Shown here: piece after piece, positions 35,472 through 45,565 of the stretch
How positions within the stretch are numbered: the first letter of the stretch is position 1
Layout: each line of letters starts with the position of its first letter
IMG/VR virus record: IMGVR_UViG_3300015214_000031
Location: 1 to 64,000 of that record
Direction: 5' to 3' (one strand)
DNA from: a virus
Taxonomy: Duplodnaviria > Caudoviricetes
Length of the DNA: 64,000 bases
The notes under the pieces: model-generated
Seen by the model: only the letters and a program-made list of their open reading frames with translations
The model's database searches: none
Told to the model about the DNA's origin: nothing
Made by a program: the position numbers and the translations under genes

Positions 35472-36854
35472 ATGATTCAAATCATCGTTCAAGATGCATC
35501 TTGGTGCAAAGTAATGAAGCATCCCGATCATTGGGATACTGTTTGGGATATACTTTCTTATACTCAATGGGAAAAAAATAGAATCGATGGAAGAAATGAA
35601 AAGGTAAAACGATCTTTCTTTGATCGTAGAGGAGGGAAATTTGGTACAGGGTTACTTCCATATTTAAAAAAACATTTGGATATGAAAGGAGAAAAATATA
35701 AAATAAAAAACAAATCAGACCCATACAGTTTAGAAGTAAAAAAAACTGTAAAATTTAAAAATATTTCCTTTGAAGATTACCAAAAAAGAATTTTAAATAT
35801 TCTAAATAAAGAACACAGAACTGGAATTTTTCAAGCTCCAACAGGATCAGGAAAAAGTATCATCACAGCAGGTATCATTGAAAAGCTGAATAGACCTGCT
35901 ACAATCATTGTGGTTCCAAGAACCACCATTGCCAAGGGAATGCGTAATGCATTACAAAAAACATTAAACCAACCTATAGGAATGATTGGTCAGAATATAT
36001 TTGAACCTGAATATATTACAGTTGTACTTTATCAATCACTACAAAATCTTAATCTTAAATCATTAAACAAAACATTAGAAGCAGTCATTATTGATGAGGC
36101 CCATCTTGCTCCTATTAAAATAAAAGAAATACTAGAGCATCTTCCAGATGTTTATTATAGATTTGGATTGACTGCTACAGCCATAACCAAGGATGATAGA
36201 AAAAACTGGTTGGCAGTCACTTCTCAATTAGGAAAAGTTCTAACCAAAGTGGATGATGAAGAAGCCAAATCAAGAGTAACAGACGTTGATGCTTACATGG
36301 CTAAAATAAAACTAAAGCAAACTCAAGACGATTATAACGATATATTCAAACATGATATTATTTTGAATAAACAATTTAATGAATTGTTGATTCACCTAGC
36401 TGATACTGCATTGGATATAAAAGAAAATTGCCTTCTTCTTGTAGATCACTATGAACAAGCAAAATTACTTAAAAGCATTGCTAAAAAAAGGATTGCCAAA
36501 GACCTACAACCTGTTGTAGTATATAGTAAAACTCCTGGTCATGTTCAAGACAAATTAATAAAAGATTTAAGCAATTCAAAAGTTAAATTTGTTATAGCTA
36601 CACCTGTTTGGGGGGTCGGTACTGATATTCCTGGTGTTGAAAGCATTGTTCTTGGATCTGCTAGAAAGAAAAAATCTACAACATTACAAAAAATAGGTAG
36701 GGGGAGAAGACGAACCAATAAAAAGGGAAATCTATTACTTCTTGATGTTTACATTGATATGGGGTTGAAAGACAGATTTTTCCAAAAATACTCAATTAAA
36801 AGAATGGATTTATATACTAAAAATGGTTGGTTCAGGGGGTTCTTAGATGACTAA
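35472..36854 (+). CDS. uvsW: UvsW-like SF2 DEAH helicase
   Basis: APTGSGKS, IIDEAH, GLTAT, GTDIP, QKIGRG.R. Confidence 0.88.
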   Translation: MIQIIVQDASWCKVMKHPDHWDTVWDILSYTQWEKNRIDGRNEKVKRSFFDRRGGKFGTGLLPYLKKHLDMKGEKYKIKNKSDPYSLEVKKTVKFKNISFEDYQKRILNILNKEHRTGIFQAPTGSGKSIITAGIIEKLNRPATIIVVPRTTIAKGMRNALQKTLNQPIGMIGQNIFEPEYITVVLYQSLQNLNLKSLNKTLEAVIIDEAHLAPIKIKEILEHLPDVYYRFGLTATAITKDDRKNWLAVTSQLGKVLTKVDDEEAKSRVTDVDAYMAKIKLKQTQDDYNDIFKHDIILNKQFNELLIHLADTALDIKENCLLLVDHYEQAKLLKSIAKKRIAKDLQPVVVYSKTPGHVQDKLIKDLSNSKVKFVIATPVWGVGTDIPGVESIVLGSARKKKSTTLQKIGRGRRRTNKKGNLLLLDVYIDMGLKDRFFQKYSIKRMDLYTKNGWFRGFLDD

Positions 36855-36868
36855 AGGGGGCTTTTTTT

Positions 36869-37852
36869 ATGGAAATAAAAGATCCAAACAATCCACTTGT
36901 AATGCAAGCTGTAGACAACTTTGATCTTTTTGAATTTCTTGATTCAGAAGAAGTTGATTATTCAACCGATACAAAAAATGTTGGATCTGGTTGGGTTGGA
37001 ATCAGTCCTTGTCCGTCCTGTAGTGATACATCCTATCATTTTGGATTGAACATTGAAAGAAAGACAGGACATTGTTGGGTATGTGGTTTCACATGCAGTC
37101 CCATAAAATTCATTTCACTCATTAAAGGTATTTCATATAAAGATGCAATTCAATATGTACTGGATGAGGCAAACATAGGGGAAGAAGATTTAGAATATCA
37201 AATATTGAATATACTTAATTATAAAGAACCTGAAGAAAGCAAAAAAGTAGAAAAGAAAATAGTCCTACCCGATTGCACTGAAATAACTTCCAAAATGATT
37301 AAGCACAATCCAGCCATTCATAATTTTTTTAAAGCAAGAAAACTAAATAAAAATCATGTTACAGAGTATAAATTAAAAATTGCTCTGTCAGGATGGGAAA
37401 GAGGAAAATTGGTTATTCCTATTCGATATAGAAAAAGAACTGTTGCATATCAGATACGATCATTCACCAATAGATTCTTTAAGAATGAAGGACCAATTAA
37501 ACATTATCTTTACAGAATGGATAGAGTAAAGAAAAACAAAAGAGTTCTTATTGTTGAAGGATGGACAGATTATGTCATAACTTATGACTTTCTTCAAAAA
37601 TTCAACCTTACTGAATATGCTGTTACTACTGGATTCAGTAAGATTATTACGGATGAACAGATTTCTCTTTTAATGAAAAAGAATCCTAAAGAGGTTATTT
37701 CACTACTTGATTATGATGCTTGGGATCAATATCATGAATTAACACATCGGCTCCACTGTGATAGTTCTGTATTGATTCCTCCTAGAAACAAAGATCCAGG
37801 AGGGATGACAGAATGGGAGTTCTTGAAAATGTTTTCGATGGGAATGAAATGA
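36869..37852 (+). CDS. dnaG: DnaG-type DNA primase
   Basis: CPSC..H...CWVCG zinc finger; Toprim IVEG.TD; D.D; KDPG. Confidence 0.88.
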   Translation: MEIKDPNNPLVMQAVDNFDLFEFLDSEEVDYSTDTKNVGSGWVGISPCPSCSDTSYHFGLNIERKTGHCWVCGFTCSPIKFISLIKGISYKDAIQYVLDEANIGEEDLEYQILNILNYKEPEESKKVEKKIVLPDCTEITSKMIKHNPAIHNFFKARKLNKNHVTEYKLKIALSGWERGKLVIPIRYRKRTVAYQIRSFTNRFFKNEGPIKHYLYRMDRVKKNKRVLIVEGWTDYVITYDFLQKFNLTEYAVTTGFSKIITDEQISLLMKKNPKEVISLLDYDAWDQYHELTHRLHCDSSVLIPPRNKDPGGMTEWEFLKMFSMGMK

Positions 37853-38115
37853 ATAAAAAATTGTATTATCCAAAACCTTTACCTTATAAAAAAGAAGTTG
37901 TTTCAATTGAAGAAATTGAAAAATTAAGAAAAATAGATTGTGTTTTTTATTCCAACTGTTTAGATCATGCTGTTGTTTTCAATTATAAAAACTTTCATTG
38001 TAAAGAATGTAATGACTACATTAGAGATCCAGATTACATTCAAGATGCTTTTCTATCAAGTGACAGTAAAAAATGTATGCGTGTAATTCAAAAAATTCTT
38101 GCTGAAGAGGAGTAA
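37849..38115 (+). CDS. Cys-rich hypothetical protein
   Basis: C..YSNCL...F.C.EC; ATGA overlap. Confidence 0.6.
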   Translation: MNKKLYYPKPLPYKKEVVSIEEIEKLRKIDCVFYSNCLDHAVVFNYKNFHCKECNDYIRDPDYIQDAFLSSDSKKCMRVIQKILAEEE

Positions 38116-38120
38116 ATACA

Positions 38121-38696
38121 GTGGATGATTATTTTAAAAAGTATATACTAAACAATAATGATGTTTATAATCTTTTTGTTGAATTGGAAGGGAAAAAAAA
38201 TGAAGTCTATAATGATTCAGGTGGTTTTCCAACTATAGGTATAGGACACAAATTAACTCAAAGTGAATTGACTTCAGGAAAAATATACATAGGAAATGAC
38301 TCAGTAGAATATGACATTAGACTTTCTGATAATGAAATTGATAGACTATTCTGGCAAGATTTAGAAATTCATTATTATAATATAAAACAATATGTTTTTG
38401 TGAAACTGAATCCAAATGAGATGATTGCTTTAATCTCATTTTGCTATAATATTGGAATTAATGCTTTTAAAAATAGCACATTACTAAAACTCCTCAACCA
38501 ATCTCACTATAATGAAGTTCCAGACCAAATGAGAAGATGGAAATATTGTAAAGGTGAAATCATTCAAGGATTAATCAATAGAAGAGAAAAAGAAATAGCT
38601 ATTTGGAATAAAGAGTATAAAAATTATAAACTTGATAAACTTCTAAAAATTAAATCTCTCATTGAGGAATTAATCAATGAAGAAGCATCATTGTAA
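38121..38696 (+). CDS. Endolysin, GH24 lysozyme
   Basis: LEG....Y.DSGG.PTIGIGH; ALISFCYNIG; W.Y..G....GL.NRR..E. Confidence 0.92.
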   Translation: MDDYFKKYILNNNDVYNLFVELEGKKNEVYNDSGGFPTIGIGHKLTQSELTSGKIYIGNDSVEYDIRLSDNEIDRLFWQDLEIHYYNIKQYVFVKLNPNEMIALISFCYNIGINAFKNSTLLKLLNQSHYNEVPDQMRRWKYCKGEIIQGLINRREKEIAIWNKEYKNYKLDKLLKIKSLIEELINEEASL

Positions 38697-38844
38697 ATGT
38701 AAGCACTCAAAACCTTGGAAAACTTTAAAATCTGAATTTCTAGGAATAAGATTTAAAGCCTATTGGCATCAGTGCGAACTTTGTGGAAGAAGATTTATAA
38801 AAAGTATTGCTAAAGAGAAGGTGATAGACAAACATGGTATATGA
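38677..38844 (+). CDS. Cys/His-rich microprotein, 55 aa
   Basis: Read manually; GAGGA RBS; C.C.H...CELC. Confidence 0.55.
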   Translation: MKKHHCKCKHSKPWKTLKSEFLGIRFKAYWHQCELCGRRFIKSIAKEKVIDKHGI

Positions 38845-39040
38845 AAAGTCACAAGCTTGGTTTCTTCAACTTATAAAAACCCCAAAAGAAGAAAGACAAA
38901 AACAAAAAGAAGAGTTACTTAATAAAATAAAATTTTATGAGCTTCAACTTTTCAATTATGATTTGATTGATACTATAGAAACCATGAAAAATGAATTAGA
39001 AGATTGTTACAATTTAATTAAGCAATCTGAAGCTGAATAG
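38834..39040 (+). CDS. Hypothetical protein
   Basis: GAAGGTG RBS. Confidence 0.55.
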   Translation: MVYEKSQAWFLQLIKTPKEERQKQKEELLNKIKFYELQLFNYDLIDTIETMKNELEDCYNLIKQSEAE

Positions 39041-39043
39041 GTC

Positions 39044-39076
39044 AGGGGTACTCTTTTTTGGAGTACCCCTTTTTTT
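39044..39076. terminator. Intrinsic terminator where the two large blocks converge
   Basis: aggggtactc / gagtacccct stem followed by T7. Confidence 0.85.
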
Positions 39077-39440
39077 ATGGTGTGATATTTAAATTGTTTC
39101 CTAGTAAAAGTTTTACAAATGATGTTGCTACTGCCGCTGTGATTGCCCCACCAATTATCTGCAACAAGACAGCCGCAAGTAAAAAAATTCCAGCCCATTT
39201 CATTATCTTATTTTCAATAGTTCTAATTCTTATTTCATGATCGTACAATGTTTTATTTAAATTATCAATCACATCTTTTCTAAACTCTTTTTTAAAATCT
39301 ACAAAACATTCTTTTAACTCTTCAAGCAAAACATTCTTTACTTCCGCTACTTGAGATTTAAATTCTAACTGAATCATTTCCACAGTTATATCATGGATAA
39401 AACATTTCTTTTCATCTTTATCTTTATGTTCATTTGCCAC
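39075..39440 (-). CDS. Coiled-coil protein with a C-terminal TM (lysis-associated, XhlA-like)
   Basis: Coiled coil followed by a hydrophobic C-terminus. Confidence 0.55.
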   Translation of the reverse strand: MANEHKDKDEKKCFIHDITVEMIQLEFKSQVAEVKNVLLEELKECFVDFKKEFRKDVIDNLNKTLYDHEIRIRTIENKIMKWAGIFLLAAVLLQIIGGAITAAVATSFVKLLLGNNLNITP

Positions 39441-39477
39441 CAGTTATCTCCCCCATCAAAATCAGAAAATTTAACTT

Positions 39478-39669
39478 TTATTTTTCAGGAAGGTCGGGAA
39501 GAGAAAGTAACTTTTCAGCATCTCTAAGCATTTCATCTGGAAGTATAGGCTTATATTCTGGATTATTCCAATTCTCTGCCATATCCTTAACTAGAAAGTA
39601 TAATCCAGAAACTAAACTAAGAGATAATCTAACCATATCTACATCATTTTCATTCACTCCCATTTTCAA
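39478..39669 (-). CDS. Small hypothetical protein
   Basis: AGGAG RBS; overlaps the lipoprotein stop. Confidence 0.6.
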   Translation of the reverse strand: MKMGVNENDVDMVRLSLSLVSGLYFLVKDMAENWNNPEYKPILPDEMLRDAEKLLSLPDLPEK

Positions 39670-40084
39670 CTCCTCCTAAGCCATATTGAATAAAAAGATC
39701 GGTAGCATCATAAATCAATTTATTTACCTGTTCTTCAGTAAGTTTAAATTTAATGGGCATAACACCTGTATTTACCCATTCATTAACCAATTTATTATAG
39801 TCAACCAACTTGTATTTCAAATCATTCAAAACAGGATTAACCTTAGTAATTACAAATTCTTTTTCATCAGGTGTTCCATAATCTGTATAAAACTTTGCTT
39901 TATTATAAAGTCTAATATAAGCCTTAGTTAAATCTTTACCAACGTAACCTGCTTTGTCTGCTTGAGACAGATTGGGATCATTCATATAACCAGGATTCAT
40001 TGAAGCACAACTTGTAAAAAAGCACAGCACAGTTAAGATAAACAAAAGTGATACAGTTCCTTTTAATTGCGCCTTTGTCACCAT
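39650..40084 (-). CDS. Lipoprotein (possible spanin component)
   Basis: Signal peptide with lipobox FTS-C. Confidence 0.7.
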   Translation of the reverse strand: MVTKAQLKGTVSLLFILTVLCFFTSCASMNPGYMNDPNLSQADKAGYVGKDLTKAYIRLYNKAKFYTDYGTPDEKEFVITKVNPVLNDLKYKLVDYNKLVNEWVNTGVMPIKFKLTEEQVNKLIYDATDLFIQYGLGGVENGSE

Positions 40085-40144
40085 ACTTTCCTCCTGTTTA
40101 AACTAGCTACAAGCATCCCACACGACTTGGTTTTCTAATTGAAC

Positions 40145-40366
40145 TTATGATTTGTCGTTTTTATTTTCCAAACTTTTTCTTGTAGCATCCACTTTTCTTC
40201 CTAAACCAACAAGACCCATACCGGCAGAAATAAGAAGCCATCCAAATTCCTGCTGCCCCTGATACATTTTAAGACAACCCATAACTACCAACATACATGC
40301 CGCAAGCCAAGTAACAAATCCCTGCATTCCAACTTTGTCTCTAATAAAGTTAATAATACTACCCAT
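40145..40366 (-). CDS. Putative holin (2 TM)
   Basis: Two hydrophobic helices; basic C-terminus. Confidence 0.6.
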   Translation of the reverse strand: MGSIINFIRDKVGMQGFVTWLAACMLVVMGCLKMYQGQQEFGWLLISAGMGLVGLGRKVDATRKSLENKNDKS

Positions 40367-41192
40367 AAATTTCCTCCAAGTATTTTTTCAAATCATCAGG
40401 ATTAAAATTATTAATATCTACTTTTTTAATTTCCATTGGAATATATCTTTCAAAATCCCAAACTTTCTTCAACCCAATACATCTATCATAACCTAAAATA
40501 GAACCTGCAAGATAAAATGGTCCAGAATCAATACCAATAAAAGAACTACATTCTGTAATTTTTTCTATTATTCTTTCAAGATTTGGATCTTCAAATCGTA
40601 AAGATGCACCAAACTTTAAAAATTTCATCCCATTTTCATCATACTGATTAAAAGATGTATTATGAATTTCAAATGGATCTAAACCAAAATCTTCAATTGT
40701 ATTCCATATATTTTCAGCAAGTTCTAAATCAGGACTTTTGTTTTTCTGATTGGTATTACCGAAAAAATGAACTCCCACTTCATTAGAAGCATAATCTATT
40801 GAATCATATCTTTGAAATGGTTTCCATTCAAAATCTTTCAATCCAACAACCAATTCATTACAAAGATAGGGTTTGCTTCTATTCATATACTTACCAAATG
40901 GCTCTACATACCTTATTCTAAAAATAAAAGTATAAAGATCAATTAAAGGTCTAAAATTTTGAGGAAGACTAAATATTTTCTCAGGCCAAATTGCATTTAA
41001 TTTTCTATGAGCATTCGTTCCAATACAAAATTTCCAATGGGGGTATGTCTCCATCAATTTTTGAAATATAGGTAGAAAATTAATTAAATCCCCCAATCCA
41101 TGATTAAAAATCAACATAACATTTCCAGGTTCACCCTCATAGGAATCAAGATAATCACATATTTTCTTATCAGGAAATTCAACAACGTACAT
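40359..41192 (-). CDS. GT9-like (GT-B) glycosyltransferase
   Basis: HGLGD...FLP; FIGIDSGPFYLA. Confidence 0.75.
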   Translation of the reverse strand: MYVVEFPDKKICDYLDSYEGEPGNVMLIFNHGLGDLINFLPIFQKLMETYPHWKFCIGTNAHRKLNAIWPEKIFSLPQNFRPLIDLYTFIFRIRYVEPFGKYMNRSKPYLCNELVVGLKDFEWKPFQRYDSIDYASNEVGVHFFGNTNQKNKSPDLELAENIWNTIEDFGLDPFEIHNTSFNQYDENGMKFLKFGASLRFEDPNLERIIEKITECSSFIGIDSGPFYLAGSILGYDRCIGLKKVWDFERYIPMEIKKVDINNFNPDDLKKYLEEIYG

Positions 41193-41195
41193 TTT

Positions 41196-41915
41196 TTATT
41201 CCTTATCAGCAGAAAGAAAAGATTTAATAACACTTTTAGCTTTTTTCAATGAATGACCAGCAATGCAAAATCTATTATCAACACAAACTTGATCTTCAGC
41301 CACTATACAAAAATCAGCTTTACTTAGAATATCGTCAACAAGAAAAACATTATTGTAAATAACTACTGGATTATTTTTAGTAAGATTCACAATCTCAGCA
41401 CAGATTATTTTATTCCCAAATAAGCAGCATTTATAATTTAAAGAATAAATATAATCGACAAGGGAGGCAGAACCTTTTACATCATTTGATTCTGTTATTT
41501 GAAATGCCACAAAAGGATGTAAAGCATAATAACGAACAGGAGCACTAACATTGGCAATAGGTCTGTTTTGTAAGACCAAGTTAGGAAATCCCACAACTTG
41601 CTCGTTACATTCTTCAGTATTATAGACCTCTCCAACATCAAAGACATAATCATATTTTTTTAATGTTTCTCTATTCAAACTAGAAAAAAGAATAGAGTTT
41701 CCAGAGACTAAATGTTTGTCATAGACAATATACAGTGATACAATCTTTACATTTTTATAAACTTTTTGTAATGGTTCAATTAATGGGTTAAATGTTTCCA
41801 AGCTAACATCATTTGGAAATAGAAACAGAACAGAAGAACCACTTTTAGCTTCCATCAAATGATGATAAATTTTTTTGTTTTTAAATTGATTAATTCTTAT
41901 CATTTCCAACCTCAA
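41196..41915 (-). CDS. Degenerate GT9-like protein
   Basis: Same overall layout as its neighbours but lacks the GD and DSG motifs. Confidence 0.4.
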   Translation of the reverse strand: MRLEMIRINQFKNKKIYHHLMEAKSGSSVLFLFPNDVSLETFNPLIEPLQKVYKNVKIVSLYIVYDKHLVSGNSILFSSLNRETLKKYDYVFDVGEVYNTEECNEQVVGFPNLVLQNRPIANVSAPVRYYALHPFVAFQITESNDVKGSASLVDYIYSLNYKCCLFGNKIICAEIVNLTKNNPVVIYNNVFLVDDILSKADFCIVAEDQVCVDNRFCIAGHSLKKAKSVIKSFLSADKE

Positions 41916-43479
41916 TTATTTTATTTAGAATTTCACCAGAATTGATTTCAACACATACTACACCATGAGGAAGGACTTTATCAAATTTTCGCAACCCCTC
42001 CAATCCAATGCATTTTTCAGGTCCAAGAATAGACATTGCAAGGTACAAAGGACCGGAATCGACACCAACAAACAAAGAGCAAGTTGCTATTTCTTCACAC
42101 ATTTTCTTTAAATTTGGAAATTCAAATCGTAATGTTTCTTCTTTAGAAATAAAAGAGGGTTGTTCTATAACATTTAAGTGTTCAATAGGAATCATTTGTA
42201 TCTCAAATGGAATAAAGCCATTCATTTTCAATGAATCCCATAATTTTTCTGCTATGTCCATCGGAACATTTTTTTCTTTTCCTTTTGAATACCCAAAAAA
42301 GTGCACTCCTACTTTTTTTTCTACTTTATTACCTTTTACATTTAATTTGTAAGGTTTCCATTCAAAACTATCCAAACCAATTTCCATCTTATTACAAAGA
42401 TGGGGTTTTGAAATAGTATCAGCATCTTCAATGCCTAATTTTTTGTAATATTCAATTGTAGTTAGGTTTCTTGGGGCATCTGGATACTGAATATTACACA
42501 TTATATCAAATTCATCACCATACTTTCCGTATGGTGCATCTATAATCCTAACTTTTGGATGTAGATACTTAAAATTTCTATCGGGGGTACATCCAATATA
42601 CAAATCCCATTTTTCAAATCGCTTAACCAGTTCTTCAAATATAGGAAGAAACAATATAAAATCACCCAATCCATGATTAAACAAGATACAACATTTACCT
42701 GATTCATACTTTGTTAAAAAATCACATACCTTCTCTTCATAACAACTATGAACTATTCTCATCATTTTATTTTTCTCCCATTCAAATTTATCAACTTTTC
42801 CTTTAAAATAATCTCTTCCACCAAACAGTTTTCGATGATCTGAGGGTTTACAGTAAGTACCCACAACTCCAATATGCATACTTCTTGGAATAACAGGACT
42901 CATAACTTTTAAATTGTACTTCTTAATAACAGACCGTATTGACCAATCCCAACCAATTCCACCTATTTTCATTTCTTTAGAAATCAAATCATTAAACCAA
43001 TAAGGCTTTAACCATTTTTCCCATGATTCTTTTGTAAAAGCCATTCCAATAGCTACAAAATTATCCCATTCTAACACTGAATATATTTTAGAAAAATCAA
43101 TGTTGAGGTAGTGATAAAAGCTACAATGAATGTGCCTGACAGGATCATGATTAAGTAAAAAGAAATCAGCAAATCTAAGAGCGTCATTTGACAAAATAGA
43201 ATCGTCTTCCAAATAAACATTAAATTGGCTGTCATCTTTGAAAAGTCTATCCAAAACTTCATAAGGATTTCTCCTTACACCAAGTTTTCTAGGATTAACC
43301 ATTATCTCGGTATCTATAAAATCAATGGATTCACACAAGTAAACATTTTTATCATTCCCAGGTTCCAATGCACAATATAGCTTATCATATCCATAAATAT
43401 CATTTTTTGATAAGCTATCTATTACTTTTTCAAGATAGTGGGGTCTATTATTGGCAGTTATTGAGATTGTCTTTTTCAT
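41890..43479 (-). CDS. Fusion of a GT-A (GT2/GT13-like) and a GT9-like glycosyltransferase
   Basis: N-terminal NRP.YL...L, YLEDD; C-terminal HGLGD, FVGVDSGPLYLA; internal GGGAG-ATG at 42765. Confidence 0.75.
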   Translation of the reverse strand: MKKTISITANNRPHYLEKVIDSLSKNDIYGYDKLYCALEPGNDKNVYLCESIDFIDTEIMVNPRKLGVRRNPYEVLDRLFKDDSQFNVYLEDDSILSNDALRFADFFLLNHDPVRHIHCSFYHYLNIDFSKIYSVLEWDNFVAIGMAFTKESWEKWLKPYWFNDLISKEMKIGGIGWDWSIRSVIKKYNLKVMSPVIPRSMHIGVVGTYCKPSDHRKLFGGRDYFKGKVDKFEWEKNKMMRIVHSCYEEKVCDFLTKYESGKCCILFNHGLGDFILFLPIFEELVKRFEKWDLYIGCTPDRNFKYLHPKVRIIDAPYGKYGDEFDIMCNIQYPDAPRNLTTIEYYKKLGIEDADTISKPHLCNKMEIGLDSFEWKPYKLNVKGNKVEKKVGVHFFGYSKGKEKNVPMDIAEKLWDSLKMNGFIPFEIQMIPIEHLNVIEQPSFISKEETLRFEFPNLKKMCEEIATCSLFVGVDSGPLYLAMSILGPEKCIGLEGLRKFDKVLPHGVVCVEINSGEILNKIIEVGNDKN

Positions 43480-44042
43480 TTTAAAGTAGCAACCAATACA
43501 TCATCTTTAAAAATTACATTCTCATCAGAACCAGTTTCATAAAAAATGTTATACTCTGGATTAATAGCTAAAAGTAATCTTCTTACTTCTTTTTCTGTAA
43601 TATAATCCATATTAATTTTACCAAAATCTCTTTTATCATCTATCAATATTGTATGTGTTTTGATTGAATGATTTTTAATTGTTAACAACTCACTTATCAA
43701 CGAAGTAAAGCTTCTTCCTTTTGCTGTTTTATATTCACCAATGGAAGGATCGTTTCCACTTCCAGAATAATGTGCATCCAACCAAAATGTAATAGGTTCT
43801 TTTATATATTTTATCATTTCCCAAAGAACAACTTCTGATTCTCCATGATAAAGAAAAATATTTTTAACATTATGGAATCTACTGCATACCTTTCTATAAT
43901 TATCAATATCAAGTTCTACACTAGAAATATTTTTAAATCCTGCTTTTAAAGCATAATTCACACCGTCACCTGCAAAAGTTCCAGTTTCTACAAACCAATT
44001 ATTCATATATTTTTTAAATAGCATTTCTGAATTAACAGGCAT
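43476..44042 (-). CDS. SAM methyltransferase-like protein
   Basis: FVETGT..GDG, SVELD, FWLDAH, ILIDD. Confidence 0.7.
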   Translation of the reverse strand: MPVNSEMLFKKYMNNWFVETGTFAGDGVNYALKAGFKNISSVELDIDNYRKVCSRFHNVKNIFLYHGESEVVLWEMIKYIKEPITFWLDAHYSGSGNDPSIGEYKTAKGRSFTSLISELLTIKNHSIKTHTILIDDKRDFGKINMDYITEKEVRRLLLAINPEYNIFYETGSDENVIFKDDVLVATLK

Positions 44043-44051
44043 TATTATCTC

Positions 44052-44741
44052 CTAGAAAAGATGTTTGATCTCTGTACTTATTAATTTATCTTTTATGTAT
44101 AAACCATATTTAAACTTAAAGTTGTTTCTCCTTTCAGCATATTGATTGGTAAACATATGCTCACCAAAATAAGGATTGTTTTCAAATTTACCTGATTTTG
44201 CTTCATGACATTTTTTTATATGATTAAACATATTTTCTTTCGTTAAAGTATTGAACACTTTGAACATTCTATTTATATCCGGTTCCAAATCAAACTCATA
44301 AATCACTTTTCCAAATTCAGAAATAAAATTTGTTTTTAATCTTTCATATTTAATTGGAACAATGTCCATATGAAAATATTTATTATAGTGCTTCTTTAAA
44401 TAACCAATATATAAATCAATGAAATTTTTTATTTCCTTTCCATATTTGAATTTCATTCTTTTCATTTCACTTGAGTAATATGAATATATAACATCAACTG
44501 GATCTCTATAAAGATAAATTATTGTTTTTTTTCCTTTTACAGTTAAATCAGAATAAACATCATGATCCCCTTCCCACATGGGAATATCACTTATTTTATC
44601 ATGAAAATAATTATGAAAAGGATATAAATAACTATTGAATCTTGGTTGTCTAAAATAAGCTTCCATTAACGCATTTAACCAATGATTTCCACTTCTAGGA
44701 AATCCAATAACTAATGGTAATTCACTTCTACTTTTTCTCAT
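44052..44741 (-). CDS. Sulfotransferase
   Basis: GFPRSGNHW 5'-PSB loop; YLYRDP.DVIYS 3'-PB motif; YE.L. Confidence 0.8.
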   Translation of the reverse strand: MRKSRSELPLVIGFPRSGNHWLNALMEAYFRQPRFNSYLYPFHNYFHDKISDIPMWEGDHDVYSDLTVKGKKTIIYLYRDPVDVIYSYYSSEMKRMKFKYGKEIKNFIDLYIGYLKKHYNKYFHMDIVPIKYERLKTNFISEFGKVIYEFDLEPDINRMFKVFNTLTKENMFNHIKKCHEAKSGKFENNPYFGEHMFTNQYAERRNNFKFKYGLYIKDKLISTEIKHLF

Positions 44742-45565
44742 TATACCTTTCCATCAAGATGTTCCATTATAGCTTCATATACCCTTTCAGAAAAATCTCT
44801 ACAATATTCCTGGGAAAGTACATAATTTTCCTCAGCATACTTTAATTTTCTATAATAATCATTTTCAGTAAGACAATTACAAAGTCCAATAATATGCTTT
44901 ACATCCTCTACAATGAACATCCCTTTTATATTAAAAAATTTATCTATATTCGGAGCACCCACATAAATAGGTATCGTTTTAGTTTGAAAGCAGTCCATTA
45001 ACTTTTCTGTAAAATAATTATTGTAACATGAATTTTCTATTGCAATATGAAACATGGAATCAAACATCACAATCTTTTCATGTGGTTCTGGTCCCAACTC
45101 AGGGTTATCAAAAATATTTGCCATTGGATTATGTGAGCTGTTCCAAAATTCAATGGGTACTTCTGTTATTTCTTTTTGTCTATTCCAAAGTTTTTGCCTC
45201 ATATAATGATTTGCAGTCATATTTTTAGAAGTACAAAACGTACTCACTTTAAATTTTTTATTTTCAACTTTTGAAATATCAGATTCTCTTATCCAAGTCA
45301 TACCACACAAAAACATTTTTCCATTATCTACTACTTTTAGAATATTTTCATCCCATGTAAGAATCAAATCAAAATAAGGAGCAAGCTCTACTACTTTCTT
45401 ATTGCTCATTCTAGTATTTTCAGGTTCGTTAGAAATATTAAGTACATTAACAACATAGGGATTTTTAGGTCTATCAGCATGAACATTATAAATATCAACC
45501 TGAACAGGAAATTGAAGAATATCTTGTCTTAACCAATGGGCAAAATAAATATTTGCAGTAATCAT
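44741..45565 (-). CDS. GT10 fucosyltransferase-like
   Basis: EP...F.IAIENS...YFTEKL.DCF...TIPIY.G. Confidence 0.85.
   Translation of the reverse strand: MITANIYFAHWLRQDILQFPVQVDIYNVHADRPKNPYVVNVLNISNEPENTRMSNKKVVELAPYFDLILTWDENILKVVDNGKMFLCGMTWIRESDISKVENKKFKVSTFCTSKNMTANHYMRQKLWNRQKEITEVPIEFWNSSHNPMANIFDNPELGPEPHEKIVMFDSMFHIAIENSCYNNYFTEKLMDCFQTKTIPIYVGAPNIDKFFNIKGMFIVEDVKHIIGLCNCLTENDYYRKLKYAEENYVLSQEYCRDFSERVYEAIMEHLDGKV

Noticed and set aside
12441-37852. Inteins in the polymerase, helicases, RecA or primase
   Set aside because: Lengths are normal, with no C/S...HN-C/S/T junctions or LAGLIDADG blocks
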